From: Bacteroidota bacterium
GTDB taxonomy: Bacteria > Bacteroidota > Bacteroidia > NS11-12g > UBA955
Reading direction: 5' to 3'
Assembly (NCBI GenBank): GCA_046301955.1
Contig: JBKCJE010000013.1
Span: 334-64,333, forward strand
DNA: 64,000 nucleotides
The translations under genes were made by a program, and so were the position numbers. Shown in pieces: positions 46,166-56,851 of the stretch; position 1 is the stretch's first letter, and every line of letters begins with the position of its first letter. The notes under the pieces are model-generated. The model had not been told where the DNA came from. It searched no databases and was given only the letters and a program-made list of their open reading frames with translations.

Positions 46166-47377
46166 TTATTCCATTCCTTTAATCAACGACGTGTACTTTT
46201 CAGCACCGGCCGTATCTCCTATCTCAAGACAAGCCGACTTCAACGCTTTACAAATATTAATCTGATCAGTTGTTGAATAATCCACATTGTCCAAGGCTCT
46301 TTCCAAGTATTTCTTGGCGTCAGTAAACAACATTTTCAATTCTTCATCCACCAATTTCTTTTTGGCACCAACCGCAGCACTCCGTTTGTCGTAAAGCTTG
46401 CGACTCTCGTATTTCATTAAGGATAAGCCCAAGTTAAAATTGGCATCATAATTAAATTCGTCCATCTCAACTGCTTTGCGATAATCTGCAATCGCTGCGT
46501 CATATTTCGCCTGGTTTTCGTTCAAATATGCACGTGTGTAGTACAATCGGCTGTTGGGTTCAATGCCAATTTGACGATCAACATCGGCATACAAGCGTTG
46601 TTCTTGTTTAATTCCAACAAAGAAGTTTACCAAAACCTGGAACATCCCATCGCTGTTATTCGAAGCAACCAGCGCCGTACGGATACAATTTTCGGCTTTT
46701 ACAGTATCTCCGTTGGTCAAATAGGCCTTCGACAACCCTTCTACAATGGCAGGAACCGTATTTCCATTGTCTACCAATCCTTGAAGAATCGCAATTTTCT
46801 GTGATTTGTCGCTGTGTAACGTTGCTACCTGCGCATAGGTTTCTGTCAAACTCGCTTTGGTGATTTTGTTGTTTGCCAAGTTATTTGACATCGCCGTATC
46901 CAAATATCCATACATTGAAATCAATTCAGCGTAGTAAATACAGAGCGTATCATAACTTTTAGTGGCAAAAAACGAGATGGCCTCGTTGTAGCCTGCTGCA
47001 AATGCATTTCCGGCCAAAGCTGTTCCATTTTCTTTCTCCTCTGCCTTTTTGGGCATGGTGCTTTCATGAAATTTGCGAATAGAAACCATGGCTTCCAAAC
47101 CTGCTCCATCTGTTAAGCCTTTCAACAGTTCGTTGTTTTTGGCACCGGCGATTCTCGCATAAACATCAGAGCGTACCAAATACATCTTTGGCAATTCAGC
47201 AGACTTTGGATTGATTTTGGCCTTGTCGATTTCTTCTTTGGCCGTAATCAAATCCTCCACAGAATTGCTCATCAACGCATATTCTGCAGAGTTGACAGCT
47301 TTGATTTGAGCAGTGCTGCATTGAGCAAAACCTAAGGTTAACGCAATGCCGAATGTAGTTTTGAATAGATTATTCAT
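46166..47377 (-). CDS. TPR-like helical repeat protein with signal/lipoprotein peptide
   Basis: Signal peptide (LTLGFAQCS). The sequence is all-helical with A/Y/L repeat character ([23 protein letters not shown]). It overlaps the gyrA stop by 8 nt. Confidence 0.6.
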   Translation of the reverse strand: MNNLFKTTFGIALTLGFAQCSTAQIKAVNSAEYALMSNSVEDLITAKEEIDKAKINPKSAELPKMYLVRSDVYARIAGAKNNELLKGLTDGAGLEAMVSIRKFHESTMPKKAEEKENGTALAGNAFAAGYNEAISFFATKSYDTLCIYYAELISMYGYLDTAMSNNLANNKITKASLTETYAQVATLHSDKSQKIAILQGLVDNGNTVPAIVEGLSKAYLTNGDTVKAENCIRTALVASNNSDGMFQVLVNFFVGIKQEQRLYADVDRQIGIEPNSRLYYTRAYLNENQAKYDAAIADYRKAVEMDEFNYDANFNLGLSLMKYESRKLYDKRSAAVGAKKKLVDEELKMLFTDAKKYLERALDNVDYSTTDQINICKALKSACLEIGDTAGAEKYTSLIKGME

Positions 47378-49937
47378 CGTTTTGTGGTGTTTCGGTTTCA
47401 GTTGTTATGTCTGGAGCGCTACCCTCACCTGCATCTACACCTTCAATGAATTCGGCCGCTGATTCTTCATCTTCGTCCTCTTCCTTGGGTGATTTTGCCA
47501 AACCTGCGATGGAATCCGAACCTTTCAGGTTGATCAGTCTTACCCCTTGTGTGGCACGACCCATTACCCTCAATTTATCGATTGCCAAACGAATGGTTAA
47601 TCCACTCTTACAGATGATCATCAAACCATCTTCATCGGTAACCGACAGAATTCCTACCAAGCTTCCAGTTTTTTCCGTGATAGAGATGGTTTTAACACCT
47701 TTTCCTCCCCTACCTGTAATTCGGTAGTCTTCCAGATCAGTGCGTTTACCGTATCCTTTTTCACTTAAAACCAAGATGGTGGCTTCACTCTTTCTTGGAT
47801 TTACACAAACCATGCCAATTACTTCGTCTTCGGCAGATTCAAGGGTTACACCACGCACACCAGCCGCAGTTCTGCCCATCGGTCGAACTTTTGCTTCAGG
47901 GAAACGGATGGCTTTACCTTGTTTCTTGGCGATGACCACTTCACTATCTCCATCGGTCAAACAAGCTTGTAACAATTCATCGCCTTCACGAACGGTGATC
48001 GCATTGATACCGTTGGTTCTAGGTCGACTGTAGGCCTCCAGCGAAGTTTTCTTCACAACACCTAGCTTGGTTACCATAATAATAAAGTTATTCTCCAGAT
48101 ACTCTGGATCCTTTAAATTCACGATATTCAGGTAGGCTTTTACTTTGTCGTCGTTCGGGATACTGATCAAATTCTGAATCGGTCTGCCTTTGGTCGCTTT
48201 TTGTCCTTCAGGAATCTCATATACCTTCAACCAGAAACAACGCCCTTGCTCTGTGAACAACAGCAAATAGTTGTGTGTTGAGGCGATAAACAAATGTTCT
48301 ACGAAGTCGGCATCTCGGTGAGTAACACCTCTCAATCCTTTACCACCGCGATGTTGCTCCTTGTATTCGCTCAATTGAGTACGCTTGATGTAACCCATAT
48401 GAGAAATGGTTATCACCACTTCTTCATTGGGGATCAAATCTTCGATATTGAATTCACCTGCACTGAATTCGATGTTGGTGCGACGTGCATCGCCGTATTT
48501 ATCTTTGATTTCAGTGATTTCCGTTTTGATGATTTCCATGCGCAGGTCTTCAGAAGCCAATACACTTTCGTAGTATTGAATTTCTTTCAAAACGGCATTG
48601 TATTCCTCGCGGATTTTATCGATTTCTAGACCGGTCAAACGCTGTAAACGCATTTCCAGAATGGCTTTTGATTGAATTTCCGACAAACCAAACTGGCTCA
48701 TCAAACCTTCTTTTGCTGCATCTGGGGTGCGACTCTCACGAATCAATTTGATTACTGCATCGAGATTATCCAACGCAATGATCAAACCCTCTAATATATG
48801 GATACGCTTGCGTGCTTCGTCCAACAAATACTGGGTTCTGCGCTGTACAATCTCATGTCGGTGATTCACATAATGCTTGATCATGTCTTTGAGATTTAAC
48901 ATCTCAGGTCGACCAGCAACCAAAGCAATATTATTCACAGAGAAACTGCTCTGCAAAGGAGTGTATTTGTACAACTGGTTCAGGATGATATTGGGAATTG
49001 CATCGCGCTTCAATTCAAACACAATTCGCATACCTTGTCTTCCGCTTTCATCCCTAACGGCAGAAATGCCATCGATGACCTTTTCATTGATAAGGTCAAC
49101 CGTTTTAATGATGATTTGCGATGGAGTCACTTGATAAGGCACCTCTGTCACAACAATCATTTCTTTTCCTGTGTGTGTTACCTCTACCTCCGCTTTACCT
49201 CTCATCACAACACGACCCCTACCGGTTTCAAAAGCATCTTTGATACCTTCTACGCCGTAGATGGTTCCTCCTGTAGGAAAATCTGGGCCTTTGATGAAAT
49301 TCATCAATTCAGAAATTTCAATGTCTTTGTTCTCGATATATGCGATCACACCTTCACATACTTCTGTAAGGTTGTGTGGGGCCATATTTGTCGCCATACC
49401 CACGGCAATACCACTGGCACCATTCACCAACAAGTTGGGGATTTTGGCTGGCATCACAGAAGGCTCTTCCAAGCTTTCATCGAAGTTGGGTCTGAAATCA
49501 ACCGTATTCTTGTCGATATCCACCATCATCTCCTCAGCAATCTTTCGCAAACGAGCTTCAGTGTAACGCATGGCAGCCGGCGGATCTCCGTCGATTGAAC
49601 CGAAGTTACCCTGTCCGTCAACGAAGGGATAACGCAAGCTCCAATCTTGCGCCATACGCACCATAGTGTCGTATACCGAGCTATCACCGTGTGGGTGATA
49701 TTTACCCAATACTTCCCCTACGATACGGGCTGATTTCTTGTGCGCGCGATTTGAAGCGAGGCCCAATTCTGTCATTCCGTATAATACCCTTCTGTGTACA
49801 GGTTTTAAACCATCTCTTACGTCAGGCAATGCCCGAGAAACAATCACCGACATCGAATAATCGATGTAGGCTGTTTTCATTTCATCCTCAATGTTGATGG
49901 AGATAATTCTTTCTTTGTTTTCGTTTAACTCATCCAT
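47370..49937 (-). CDS. gyrA: DNA gyrase subunit A
   Basis: [27 protein letters not shown] (catalytic Tyr region), a C-terminal beta-pinwheel and an acidic tail. Confidence 0.97.
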   Translation of the reverse strand: MDELNENKERIISINIEDEMKTAYIDYSMSVIVSRALPDVRDGLKPVHRRVLYGMTELGLASNRAHKKSARIVGEVLGKYHPHGDSSVYDTMVRMAQDWSLRYPFVDGQGNFGSIDGDPPAAMRYTEARLRKIAEEMMVDIDKNTVDFRPNFDESLEEPSVMPAKIPNLLVNGASGIAVGMATNMAPHNLTEVCEGVIAYIENKDIEISELMNFIKGPDFPTGGTIYGVEGIKDAFETGRGRVVMRGKAEVEVTHTGKEMIVVTEVPYQVTPSQIIIKTVDLINEKVIDGISAVRDESGRQGMRIVFELKRDAIPNIILNQLYKYTPLQSSFSVNNIALVAGRPEMLNLKDMIKHYVNHRHEIVQRRTQYLLDEARKRIHILEGLIIALDNLDAVIKLIRESRTPDAAKEGLMSQFGLSEIQSKAILEMRLQRLTGLEIDKIREEYNAVLKEIQYYESVLASEDLRMEIIKTEITEIKDKYGDARRTNIEFSAGEFNIEDLIPNEEVVITISHMGYIKRTQLSEYKEQHRGGKGLRGVTHRDADFVEHLFIASTHNYLLLFTEQGRCFWLKVYEIPEGQKATKGRPIQNLISIPNDDKVKAYLNIVNLKDPEYLENNFIIMVTKLGVVKKTSLEAYSRPRTNGINAITVREGDELLQACLTDGDSEVVIAKKQGKAIRFPEAKVRPMGRTAAGVRGVTLESAEDEVIGMVCVNPRKSEATILVLSEKGYGKRTDLEDYRITGRGGKGVKTISITEKTGSLVGILSVTDEDGLMIICKSGLTIRLAIDKLRVMGRATQGVRLINLKGSDSIAGLAKSPKEEDEDEESAAEFIEGVDAGEGSAPDITTETETPQNDE

Positions 49938-50069
49938 GGAAATAGTCGATTATACAAATTACGCTGAAACACCACCAAAACTGAAGAAAGTGCCCTTGAT
50001 GTTGCCCACAAATTTTATACATTTTGGGCGCATTTTTGGATGGATTTCAGTCTGTTTAAAAATCACTTA

Positions 50070-50107
50070 AAAACAGAAAGGGAAGGTTGCCCTTCCCTTT
50101 CTGTTTT
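50070..50107 (-). terminator. Intrinsic terminator after the M16 peptidase gene
   Basis: Perfect 17-bp stem aaaacagaaagggaagg / ccttccctttctgtttt with loop ttgc, 18 nt downstream of the stop at 50125. Confidence 0.8.
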
Positions 50108-50124
50108 ATCGATTCTAAATGATC

Positions 50125-53070
50125 TTATTTACGCAAATCCGCAGGAGGATTGTACGGTGTTTTTTTCTTTTGTAGCGATGTGCTACCGGCCTTTAAATAC
50201 TTGATTTTACCAGCGCCAGTAGGCTCCAATACTTGCATTTTTCCAAGCCCCAAAGTTTCCAATTTGGGCTGTACTTCTAACAAATCACCAGCAACCACAA
50301 CAACCATATTATCGAGGTTCAACTGCTCTTTGGCCAACGAGTTCACTTGCTCTTTGGTCATGCTCTGCAATACACGCAATTGTTGGTCTGCGTAATCTAC
50401 AGGCAAATTGCGGTTGGCCATCTGAAGTATATAGCCCGCTTTTTGTCCGATAGACTCATATTCCAATGCTTCACTGGCGACCAAGGCCGACTTTGTAAAT
50501 GCAAATTCTTCATCGGTGATACCATTGTTTTTGTAGCGAACCAACTCATCAATGATCTCCACAATGGCACTATCGGTTGCTCTAGCTTTTACACCAGCAG
50601 AGATGGTGTATGTGCCTGGCAAGTCCTTGTATGACGATGAGAACCCACCACGGATACCATAGGTCCAAGCTTTTTCTTCACGAATATTCAAATTCAAGCG
50701 ACTATTAAAGTTTCCAGCCAACGCAAAATTCATCACACTGTTTTGGAAGAACTTACCAGTTGCATCGTATGGCAATGATTTGAATCCCACATAGATATCG
50801 CTCTGATCGGCATCCGTATACTTCACACCAAATAACTGAGGTGTTTCAACATTTACGGCTGGTGTTGGCTTCGGAACGATTACGTTTTTCTTCTCCCACT
50901 GTTTCAAGAATGCGAATTTGCTATCAACTTCGGCGGCTGACAGAGGACCAACAACGACCATTTTGGTTAAGTTCGGGGCATAATTGGCGTTGTAATACGC
51001 TTTGCAATGCGCCATAGATACTTTGTCGTAATCCTCAGCCAATACAGATGTACCAAGGGCATTATCGCCATTCATCAAACGTCTCCATGCGTTAGACGCA
51101 CCAACACTGCGGTTTCTCAAAGAACTGTTTGCACCTTCCTTTGCACGAGATTTGCCTTTTTTGAATTCGGCTTCATCCCAGCGGGGTTTAAACATCATTT
51201 CTTCCAATAAAGCCACGGCGGCATCCAATTTCTCCTTTTCACATGACAAGGTGATGCTAGTACCCGTAGAGTTTGCGCCAAAACCAATATTTACGCCCAA
51301 TTTCTCGAATTCTTTTTCCAATTCTGTGGGAGTACGCAATGCAGTACCGGTTTCCATCGCGCTGGCAAGCAATTCAGCAGTTCCTTTCGGAACAATTTTT
51401 CCATCTTCCAGCAAGCGACCACCTTCAATGTTCAACTGCACAATAACGCGCGGAGTTTCATCAAAGTAGGTAGACCAAATTTCCAAACCGTTAGCCAAGA
51501 CGTTCTTTTCCACTTTTGGCGTTTTGGCCGAAGTGATTGCTTTTGGTTGTGGGCGTTGACTGCGGTCGAAATTGTCCTTTATTGTTCGCAATGTTAAACC
51601 GTTGTATTCTGCTTCAGCGATCGCACTCTTAAAGCCCGCATTGGGGTTTACGCTTTGATACTTCGGCTTCTCGGCATCTTCGGCTACTTGTGCAGGGGTG
51701 ATGATCACCGTAGAAGAAAATTTGTTTCGGATATACCGCTCATAAACACGCATGATGTCTGCTTTGGTCAAACTTCTGTAGCGATTGGCATCGTTCTCTA
51801 GGTTATAGCTACTTCCATCGGCATTCTTCGCATCCAAGTACCAAAAAGCGCTCAAGTAGTTGGCTTTGGTGCTTACATCTTCCAAACCACTTGAGTAGTT
51901 ACTCAAAATGTTGGTTTTGGCGCGATCCAAATCTTCATCCGTAAATCCTACAATACCGAATGAATCAATCGTAGATTTCAACATTCGCTGTAATTTAGGA
52001 ATGTCGGAATAAGGATAACCCACTACAGTAAATGAAAATTCACCAGCCAATTCATGGTTGATCATGCTCAGCGGGTTGTTCGAAGCGTCTGCCTGCAAAG
52101 CCCATTCTGCATCCACGAATTTCTTGTAAATGGTAGAATTTCTTGTACCACCCATCAAATAGGCCAATACATCCATGGCTGCTTCATCGGGATGGCCTAC
52201 AGGCACACCCACAAATGTTGAGTAAATCAAGGGTACGTAAGCATTGCCGTCAGGATAAGTTATTACCTTGCTTTCTTTCAAACGAACTGGCGGTACTGAT
52301 TGTTTCTTAACCTCCGGACCGCGTTGAATTGAACCGAAGTACTTATCAACCCAAGCAACTACTTCATTGGCATTCACATCACCTGAAACGATGATACAAG
52401 CGTTGTTGGGTCCATACCAACGTAAGAAGAAGTTCTTCAAATCGTTGCTATCGGCGCGATCTAAATCGTCCACGAAACCGATGGTTGACCAGCTGTACGG
52501 GTGCTCTTTTGGGTACAATTCTTGGTCTTTCACTTCCATCAAGAAACCATAGGGAACGTTGTAACGCTGATCTTTTTCATTCTTAACGGTGCTTCGCTGA
52601 ATCTCAAATTTTTTGTTGGTGAACGCCTCCAAAAAACAACCCATACGGTCTGCTTCCATCCACAGCGCAGTCTCAGTGAAATTGCTCGGGAATGTTTCGA
52701 TATACACGGTTCTATCGCGTGTTGTGTTACCATTCACATCGCCGCCATAATTTTTAATTATTTTGAAATGCTCTTCATCGGCTACGTGCTGAGAACCTTG
52801 GAACAACATGTGTTCAAAGAAGTGAGCAAAACCTGATTTTCCGCGTGTTTCACGGGCAGAGCCTACATGATACGTTACGTTCAAATGCGCCACAGGGTCA
52901 CTGTGGTCTTCACTTACAATCAGGGTAAGTCCGTTTGGATACTGATACTTTGTGTAAGGTACGATGAGTTTTCCAGGCTGTGCATCAACCTTTTCGATGA
53001 GTGTTGCTTGGGCTTGCGCAGTGGGGACCAAAGACCACAAGGCGAAACCTATCAGAAACAGTTTTTTCAT
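50125..53070 (-). CDS. Secreted M16 (insulinase/pitrilysin) family zinc peptidase, double-module
   Basis: Signal peptide, an HFFEHMLFQG (HxxEH) zinc motif, and a second inactive M16 pair in the C-terminal half. Confidence 0.88.
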   Translation of the reverse strand: MKKLFLIGFALWSLVPTAQAQATLIEKVDAQPGKLIVPYTKYQYPNGLTLIVSEDHSDPVAHLNVTYHVGSARETRGKSGFAHFFEHMLFQGSQHVADEEHFKIIKNYGGDVNGNTTRDRTVYIETFPSNFTETALWMEADRMGCFLEAFTNKKFEIQRSTVKNEKDQRYNVPYGFLMEVKDQELYPKEHPYSWSTIGFVDDLDRADSNDLKNFFLRWYGPNNACIIVSGDVNANEVVAWVDKYFGSIQRGPEVKKQSVPPVRLKESKVITYPDGNAYVPLIYSTFVGVPVGHPDEAAMDVLAYLMGGTRNSTIYKKFVDAEWALQADASNNPLSMINHELAGEFSFTVVGYPYSDIPKLQRMLKSTIDSFGIVGFTDEDLDRAKTNILSNYSSGLEDVSTKANYLSAFWYLDAKNADGSSYNLENDANRYRSLTKADIMRVYERYIRNKFSSTVIITPAQVAEDAEKPKYQSVNPNAGFKSAIAEAEYNGLTLRTIKDNFDRSQRPQPKAITSAKTPKVEKNVLANGLEIWSTYFDETPRVIVQLNIEGGRLLEDGKIVPKGTAELLASAMETGTALRTPTELEKEFEKLGVNIGFGANSTGTSITLSCEKEKLDAAVALLEEMMFKPRWDEAEFKKGKSRAKEGANSSLRNRSVGASNAWRRLMNGDNALGTSVLAEDYDKVSMAHCKAYYNANYAPNLTKMVVVGPLSAAEVDSKFAFLKQWEKKNVIVPKPTPAVNVETPQLFGVKYTDADQSDIYVGFKSLPYDATGKFFQNSVMNFALAGNFNSRLNLNIREEKAWTYGIRGGFSSSYKDLPGTYTISAGVKARATDSAIVEIIDELVRYKNNGITDEEFAFTKSALVASEALEYESIGQKAGYILQMANRNLPVDYADQQLRVLQSMTKEQVNSLAKEQLNLDNMVVVVAGDLLEVQPKLETLGLGKMQVLEPTGAGKIKYLKAGSTSLQKKKTPYNPPADLRK

Positions 53071-53077
53071 AAGTGCA

Positions 53078-53085
53078 CAAATGTA
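53078..53085 (-). promoter_or_regulatory. -7 box (TACATTTG on the minus strand) for the M16 peptidase gene
   Basis: Exact TAnnTTTG, 7 nt upstream of the ATG at 53070. Confidence 0.45.
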
Positions 53086-53163
53086 ATGAATTCAACGTTT
53101 TCAATGAAGTGGAATAGACCAATCAACGAAAATATTCGGTAATTTCACCTTGGCCTTCCTTAC

Positions 53164-53192
53164 AAAATTGCAACCATCAAGATTGCAATTTT
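53164..53192 (-). terminator. AT-rich hairpin spanning the uvrA stop codon (possible terminator)
   Basis: 10-bp stem aaaattgcaa / ttgcaatttt with a 9-nt loop that contains the TGA (53177-53179). Confidence 0.35.
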
Positions 53193-55969
53193 TCCAATAA
53201 ATACGGCGCCGTAATGCTATTTTTAGCATTGACCATATCTTCAGGAATTCCCTGAAAAACAAGCTCTCCGCCTGCATTTCCTGCCTCAGGACCCAAATCA
53301 ACAATCCAATCGGCGCATTTCACCACATCCAAGTTATGTTCAATACACAATACTGTATTTCCTTGGGCAATCAATGCATCAAAGGATTTCATCAATTTTT
53401 TGATGTCGTGAAAATGCAATCCTGTAGTGGGTTCATCGAAAATAAAGAGCGTCCCACCTTCTTTGTTTGGACTGGCTTTGCTCAAGAAAAAGGCCAATTT
53501 CACACGTTGCGCCTCGCCCCCACTCAAAGTATTTGAACCTTGTCCGAGTTTCACATAACCCAATCCCACATCTTGTAATGGCTTGATTCGTTCACGGATC
53601 GCTTTGACATCATCAAAAAAGACCATCGCCTCATCCACTGTCATATCGAGGACTTCGAAAATATTCTTTCCATTGTACTCCACCTCCAGCACTTCCTTCT
53701 TGTAACGATGTCCACCACATGCTTCACACTCCAATTTGATGTCGGCCATGAATTGCATTTCTATAATGGTTTCGCCTTCGCCTTGACAAACATCGCAGCG
53801 ACCGCCATCTACGTTAAAAGAAAAGTGAGAGGGCTTGAATCCATTGAATTTCGATGTTGGGGTATTGGCGAACAAATCCCTGATTTCATCGAATGCTTTC
53901 ACATAGGTCACAGGATTGCTTCGACTACTCTTTCCAATGGGATTTTGATCCACCATTTCGATGGATTTTACTAGGGAAATAGCACCAGACAACTTTTTGA
54001 ATTTTCCTGGTTTCGTGGTTGTGAACAAGCCCAATTCGCGGCTCATTGCAGGATATAGAACTTGTTTAATCAGGGTTGTTTTCCCTGAGCCCGATACCCC
54101 AGTTACTACAGTGAATGACTCCAAAGGAAACTTGCAACTCACGTTCTTCAAATTGTTGGCGGTAACGTCTTCGAGTTCAATAAAATGGGGCGATTTCCTT
54201 CTGGTTGAAGGCACCTCGATTTTTTCCTCGCCCGACAAATATTTACCCGTTAAACTGGCATCACATTGACTGATTCCATCGAATGGACCTTGGTACAACA
54301 AATGTCCACCCAACGTACCTGCTTGCGGACCGATATCAATCACATTTTCAGCATTCCGCATAATATCCTCGTCGTGCTCAACAACAATTACGGTATTGCC
54401 TTCATTTTGTAATGCTTTTAAAACGGTAATCAATCGTTCTGTGTCTCTCGAATGCAATCCTATGCTGGGTTCGTCAAGGATGTACATCGAGCCGGTTAGG
54501 TTGCTACCCAAAGAGGTTGCCAAATTGATGCGTTGACTTTCACCACCGCTTAATGTATTGCTTAATCGATTGAGCGATAAATAGCCCAATCCCACATCGC
54601 TCAGAAACTGTAAGCGTCCTTTTATTTCATCGATAATCCGCTCTGAAATCGCATAATCAGTTGGATTTAACGCCAGCGTTGTGACATATTCCAAGGCATT
54701 ATCTACTTCCATGAGCAGCAATTCTTGAATACTGAGTTGCTTGGGTTCCTGGTTCGATAGTATTTTCACATAGGAAGCTTCTTTGCGAAGGCGTGTTCCA
54801 TGACAATCTGGACAAGTTGTTTTTCCGCGATAGCGCGCTGCCAGCACACGATATTGGATTTTATAGGATTTATCCTCGATATACTTAAAGAAATCCAAAA
54901 TCCCTGGAAGTTCTCTACTGCCGTCCCACAACAATTGGAGGTGATGATTGTCTAAATCTCGAATCGCACGATGAATGGGGAAATCCACTTTGTTAGCCAA
55001 ACGAATGAAATCATTGCGCCACTCTCCCATTGTTTCACCTTTCCAGGGCGCCACGGCTCCTTCGAACACACTGAGCGATGTATCGGGGATTATCAAATCG
55101 CGATCCAATCCCAGCACAGAACCAAAACCTTCACAAGTTCTACAAGCACCATGTGGGTTGTTAAAGCTCAAAAAGTCTTTGGTTGGAATTTCAAATTTCA
55201 AACCGTCTAATTCAAATCGGTTATTGAATTCCACAGACTCTTTGCTTTCCATGAAATGCAACGTGCAATTGCCCTCTCCTTCCCAAAATGCCGTTTCGCA
55301 TGCATCGAATAATCTGGATTGGAATTCCTCTTCATCGGGTTGAATGGCCAAACGATCCACAACAATAAAAATGGATTGGTCTAGGCTTGATTTCTCGTCG
55401 AGTAAGGTTTGGACAGAAAACAACTGGTTCTCGCACCAAATCCTACTGAATCCTTTTTGTATGAGCAAATCCCAGTCGCTTTCGTTCCGGGTTTTTTCCG
55501 GCTGAGGTGCCATAATGAGTGCTCGCTCACCAATTTTATTGGCTTGGCAATACTTCAGAATATCTTCGGTGGTTTCCCGCTTCACTTCCCTGCCTGATAC
55601 CGGCGACATGGTATGTCCAGCCCTACTAAAAAGCAATTTGATATAATCGTAAATTTCCGTTGAAGTAGCTACAGTACTTCGTGGATTGCGGGTGTTTACT
55701 TTTTGTTCGATGGCAACCGCAGGACATAACCCTTGGATATCATCAACCAGCGGTTTTTTCATCCGACCCAAAAACTGTCGGGCATAACTGCTCAAACTCT
55801 CTACATACCTCCGCTGTCCTTCCGCAAACAATGTTTCAAATACAAGGCTCGATTTTCCGCTCCCAGATACGCCAGTAACTACAGTGAATGAACCATGATC
55901 GATATCGACATTAACCTGTTTAAGATTGTGTTGTTGTGCATTGATAATGCGAATTTTCTTTTCTTGCAT
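53177..55969 (-). CDS. uvrA: Excinuclease ABC subunit A
   Basis: Two ABC modules (GVSGSGKSSL twice, LSGGESQR / LSGGEAQR), zinc-finger cysteines (CPDCHG, CDVCQGEG) and a canonical N-terminus. Confidence 0.93.
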   Translation of the reverse strand: MQEKKIRIINAQQHNLKQVNVDIDHGSFTVVTGVSGSGKSSLVFETLFAEGQRRYVESLSSYARQFLGRMKKPLVDDIQGLCPAVAIEQKVNTRNPRSTVATSTEIYDYIKLLFSRAGHTMSPVSGREVKRETTEDILKYCQANKIGERALIMAPQPEKTRNESDWDLLIQKGFSRIWCENQLFSVQTLLDEKSSLDQSIFIVVDRLAIQPDEEEFQSRLFDACETAFWEGEGNCTLHFMESKESVEFNNRFELDGLKFEIPTKDFLSFNNPHGACRTCEGFGSVLGLDRDLIIPDTSLSVFEGAVAPWKGETMGEWRNDFIRLANKVDFPIHRAIRDLDNHHLQLLWDGSRELPGILDFFKYIEDKSYKIQYRVLAARYRGKTTCPDCHGTRLRKEASYVKILSNQEPKQLSIQELLLMEVDNALEYVTTLALNPTDYAISERIIDEIKGRLQFLSDVGLGYLSLNRLSNTLSGGESQRINLATSLGSNLTGSMYILDEPSIGLHSRDTERLITVLKALQNEGNTVIVVEHDEDIMRNAENVIDIGPQAGTLGGHLLYQGPFDGISQCDASLTGKYLSGEEKIEVPSTRRKSPHFIELEDVTANNLKNVSCKFPLESFTVVTGVSGSGKTTLIKQVLYPAMSRELGLFTTTKPGKFKKLSGAISLVKSIEMVDQNPIGKSSRSNPVTYVKAFDEIRDLFANTPTSKFNGFKPSHFSFNVDGGRCDVCQGEGETIIEMQFMADIKLECEACGGHRYKKEVLEVEYNGKNIFEVLDMTVDEAMVFFDDVKAIRERIKPLQDVGLGYVKLGQGSNTLSGGEAQRVKLAFFLSKASPNKEGGTLFIFDEPTTGLHFHDIKKLMKSFDALIAQGNTVLCIEHNLDVVKCADWIVDLGPEAGNAGGELVFQGIPEDMVNAKNSITAPYLLEKLQS

Positions 55970-55990
55970 TGAAATACCGGATTGTCCGAC

Positions 55991-56845
55991 TTATTGAATG
56001 GTATCGCGTTGAATGGATGCACCTGCGCAGATCCCTCGGCCATTGGTGATATTGCTGTAAATGGGTGTTGGGTCGGAAAACAAACCCGTTGTTTTGCGGT
56101 AATTGGCCAACGACTGCAGATAGGTGTAATACTCTACGCTGAGCGATCGCACCTCCACCAAATACTTGTACATGTTTCCTGCGCTGCCAAAGCTTGTAAT
56201 AAATTCAAATTGACGGTTTCCGCCGTTAAAGGTTCTGTCATCGAGCAGAAAACCACCAAGGTCTGTTTTGGCCGCGTTTTGGTTCAAAAATGGATCGGTG
56301 GTTGTTGGGGTCATAATCACCCATTCTTGGATGAAATCATCGTAACGATACAGATTGATTTCGTAATAATTTCGTTCATTTTGGGGATCTGCGATGAAAC
56401 AAGTAATTGTGCCTGTTTCAAATCCAAAAGAATCAAACCCTGTATTGTCTTTCCAGGTTGATTTTGGGCTATTCAATTTGTTCGGAAGGGTCATTCTTCC
56501 GGTTGCCTTAGAGAAGTTGGGGACACTTACTTCTACCTTATATTCTTTACCTGCCACCGGCTTAAAATTGGCCACGTATTTGCTTAATCCAAGATTGTAA
56601 CTCAGTGTGTAATCCTGAATCCCATCATTTACAATTACGTTGGCATTTTCGATAAAGTCAGGGAAGGTTGTATCGGTCATTGGTATGGTCTGTGATACTT
56701 GTACAGAGAAAAAATCGTCGCTGTTTACGAAGGAATTCACCACCAACCTAGGTGTAAACTTGATGGAACTATCGTCTAACTCTGTGTCACAGGAGGCAGC
56801 AAACATTGCCACAATCAATCCTAACATCCAAAAATTCTTTTTCAT
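55991..56845 (-). CDS. DUF4249-like lipoprotein partner of the upstream TonB-dependent receptor
   Basis: Lipobox (MFAASC), about 280 aa and beta-rich. Its position directly after a CarboxypepD_reg-type TBDR is the usual DUF4249 context. The family call comes from memory of that context, not from a search. Confidence 0.5.
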   Translation of the reverse strand: MKKNFWMLGLIVAMFAASCDTELDDSSIKFTPRLVVNSFVNSDDFFSVQVSQTIPMTDTTFPDFIENANVIVNDGIQDYTLSYNLGLSKYVANFKPVAGKEYKVEVSVPNFSKATGRMTLPNKLNSPKSTWKDNTGFDSFGFETGTITCFIADPQNERNYYEINLYRYDDFIQEWVIMTPTTTDPFLNQNAAKTDLGGFLLDDRTFNGGNRQFEFITSFGSAGNMYKYLVEVRSLSVEYYTYLQSLANYRKTTGLFSDPTPIYSNITNGRGICAGASIQRDTIQ

Positions 56846-56851
56846 ACGCGA

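Noticed and set aside
50070-50107. 17-bp perfect hairpin considered as a mobile REP/MITE-like element, because it shares the GGGAAGG/CCTTCCC core with the rpmA terminator at 6455-6478
   Set aside because: There are only two loosely similar copies. Both sit exactly where intrinsic terminators are expected and there are no flanking direct repeats.
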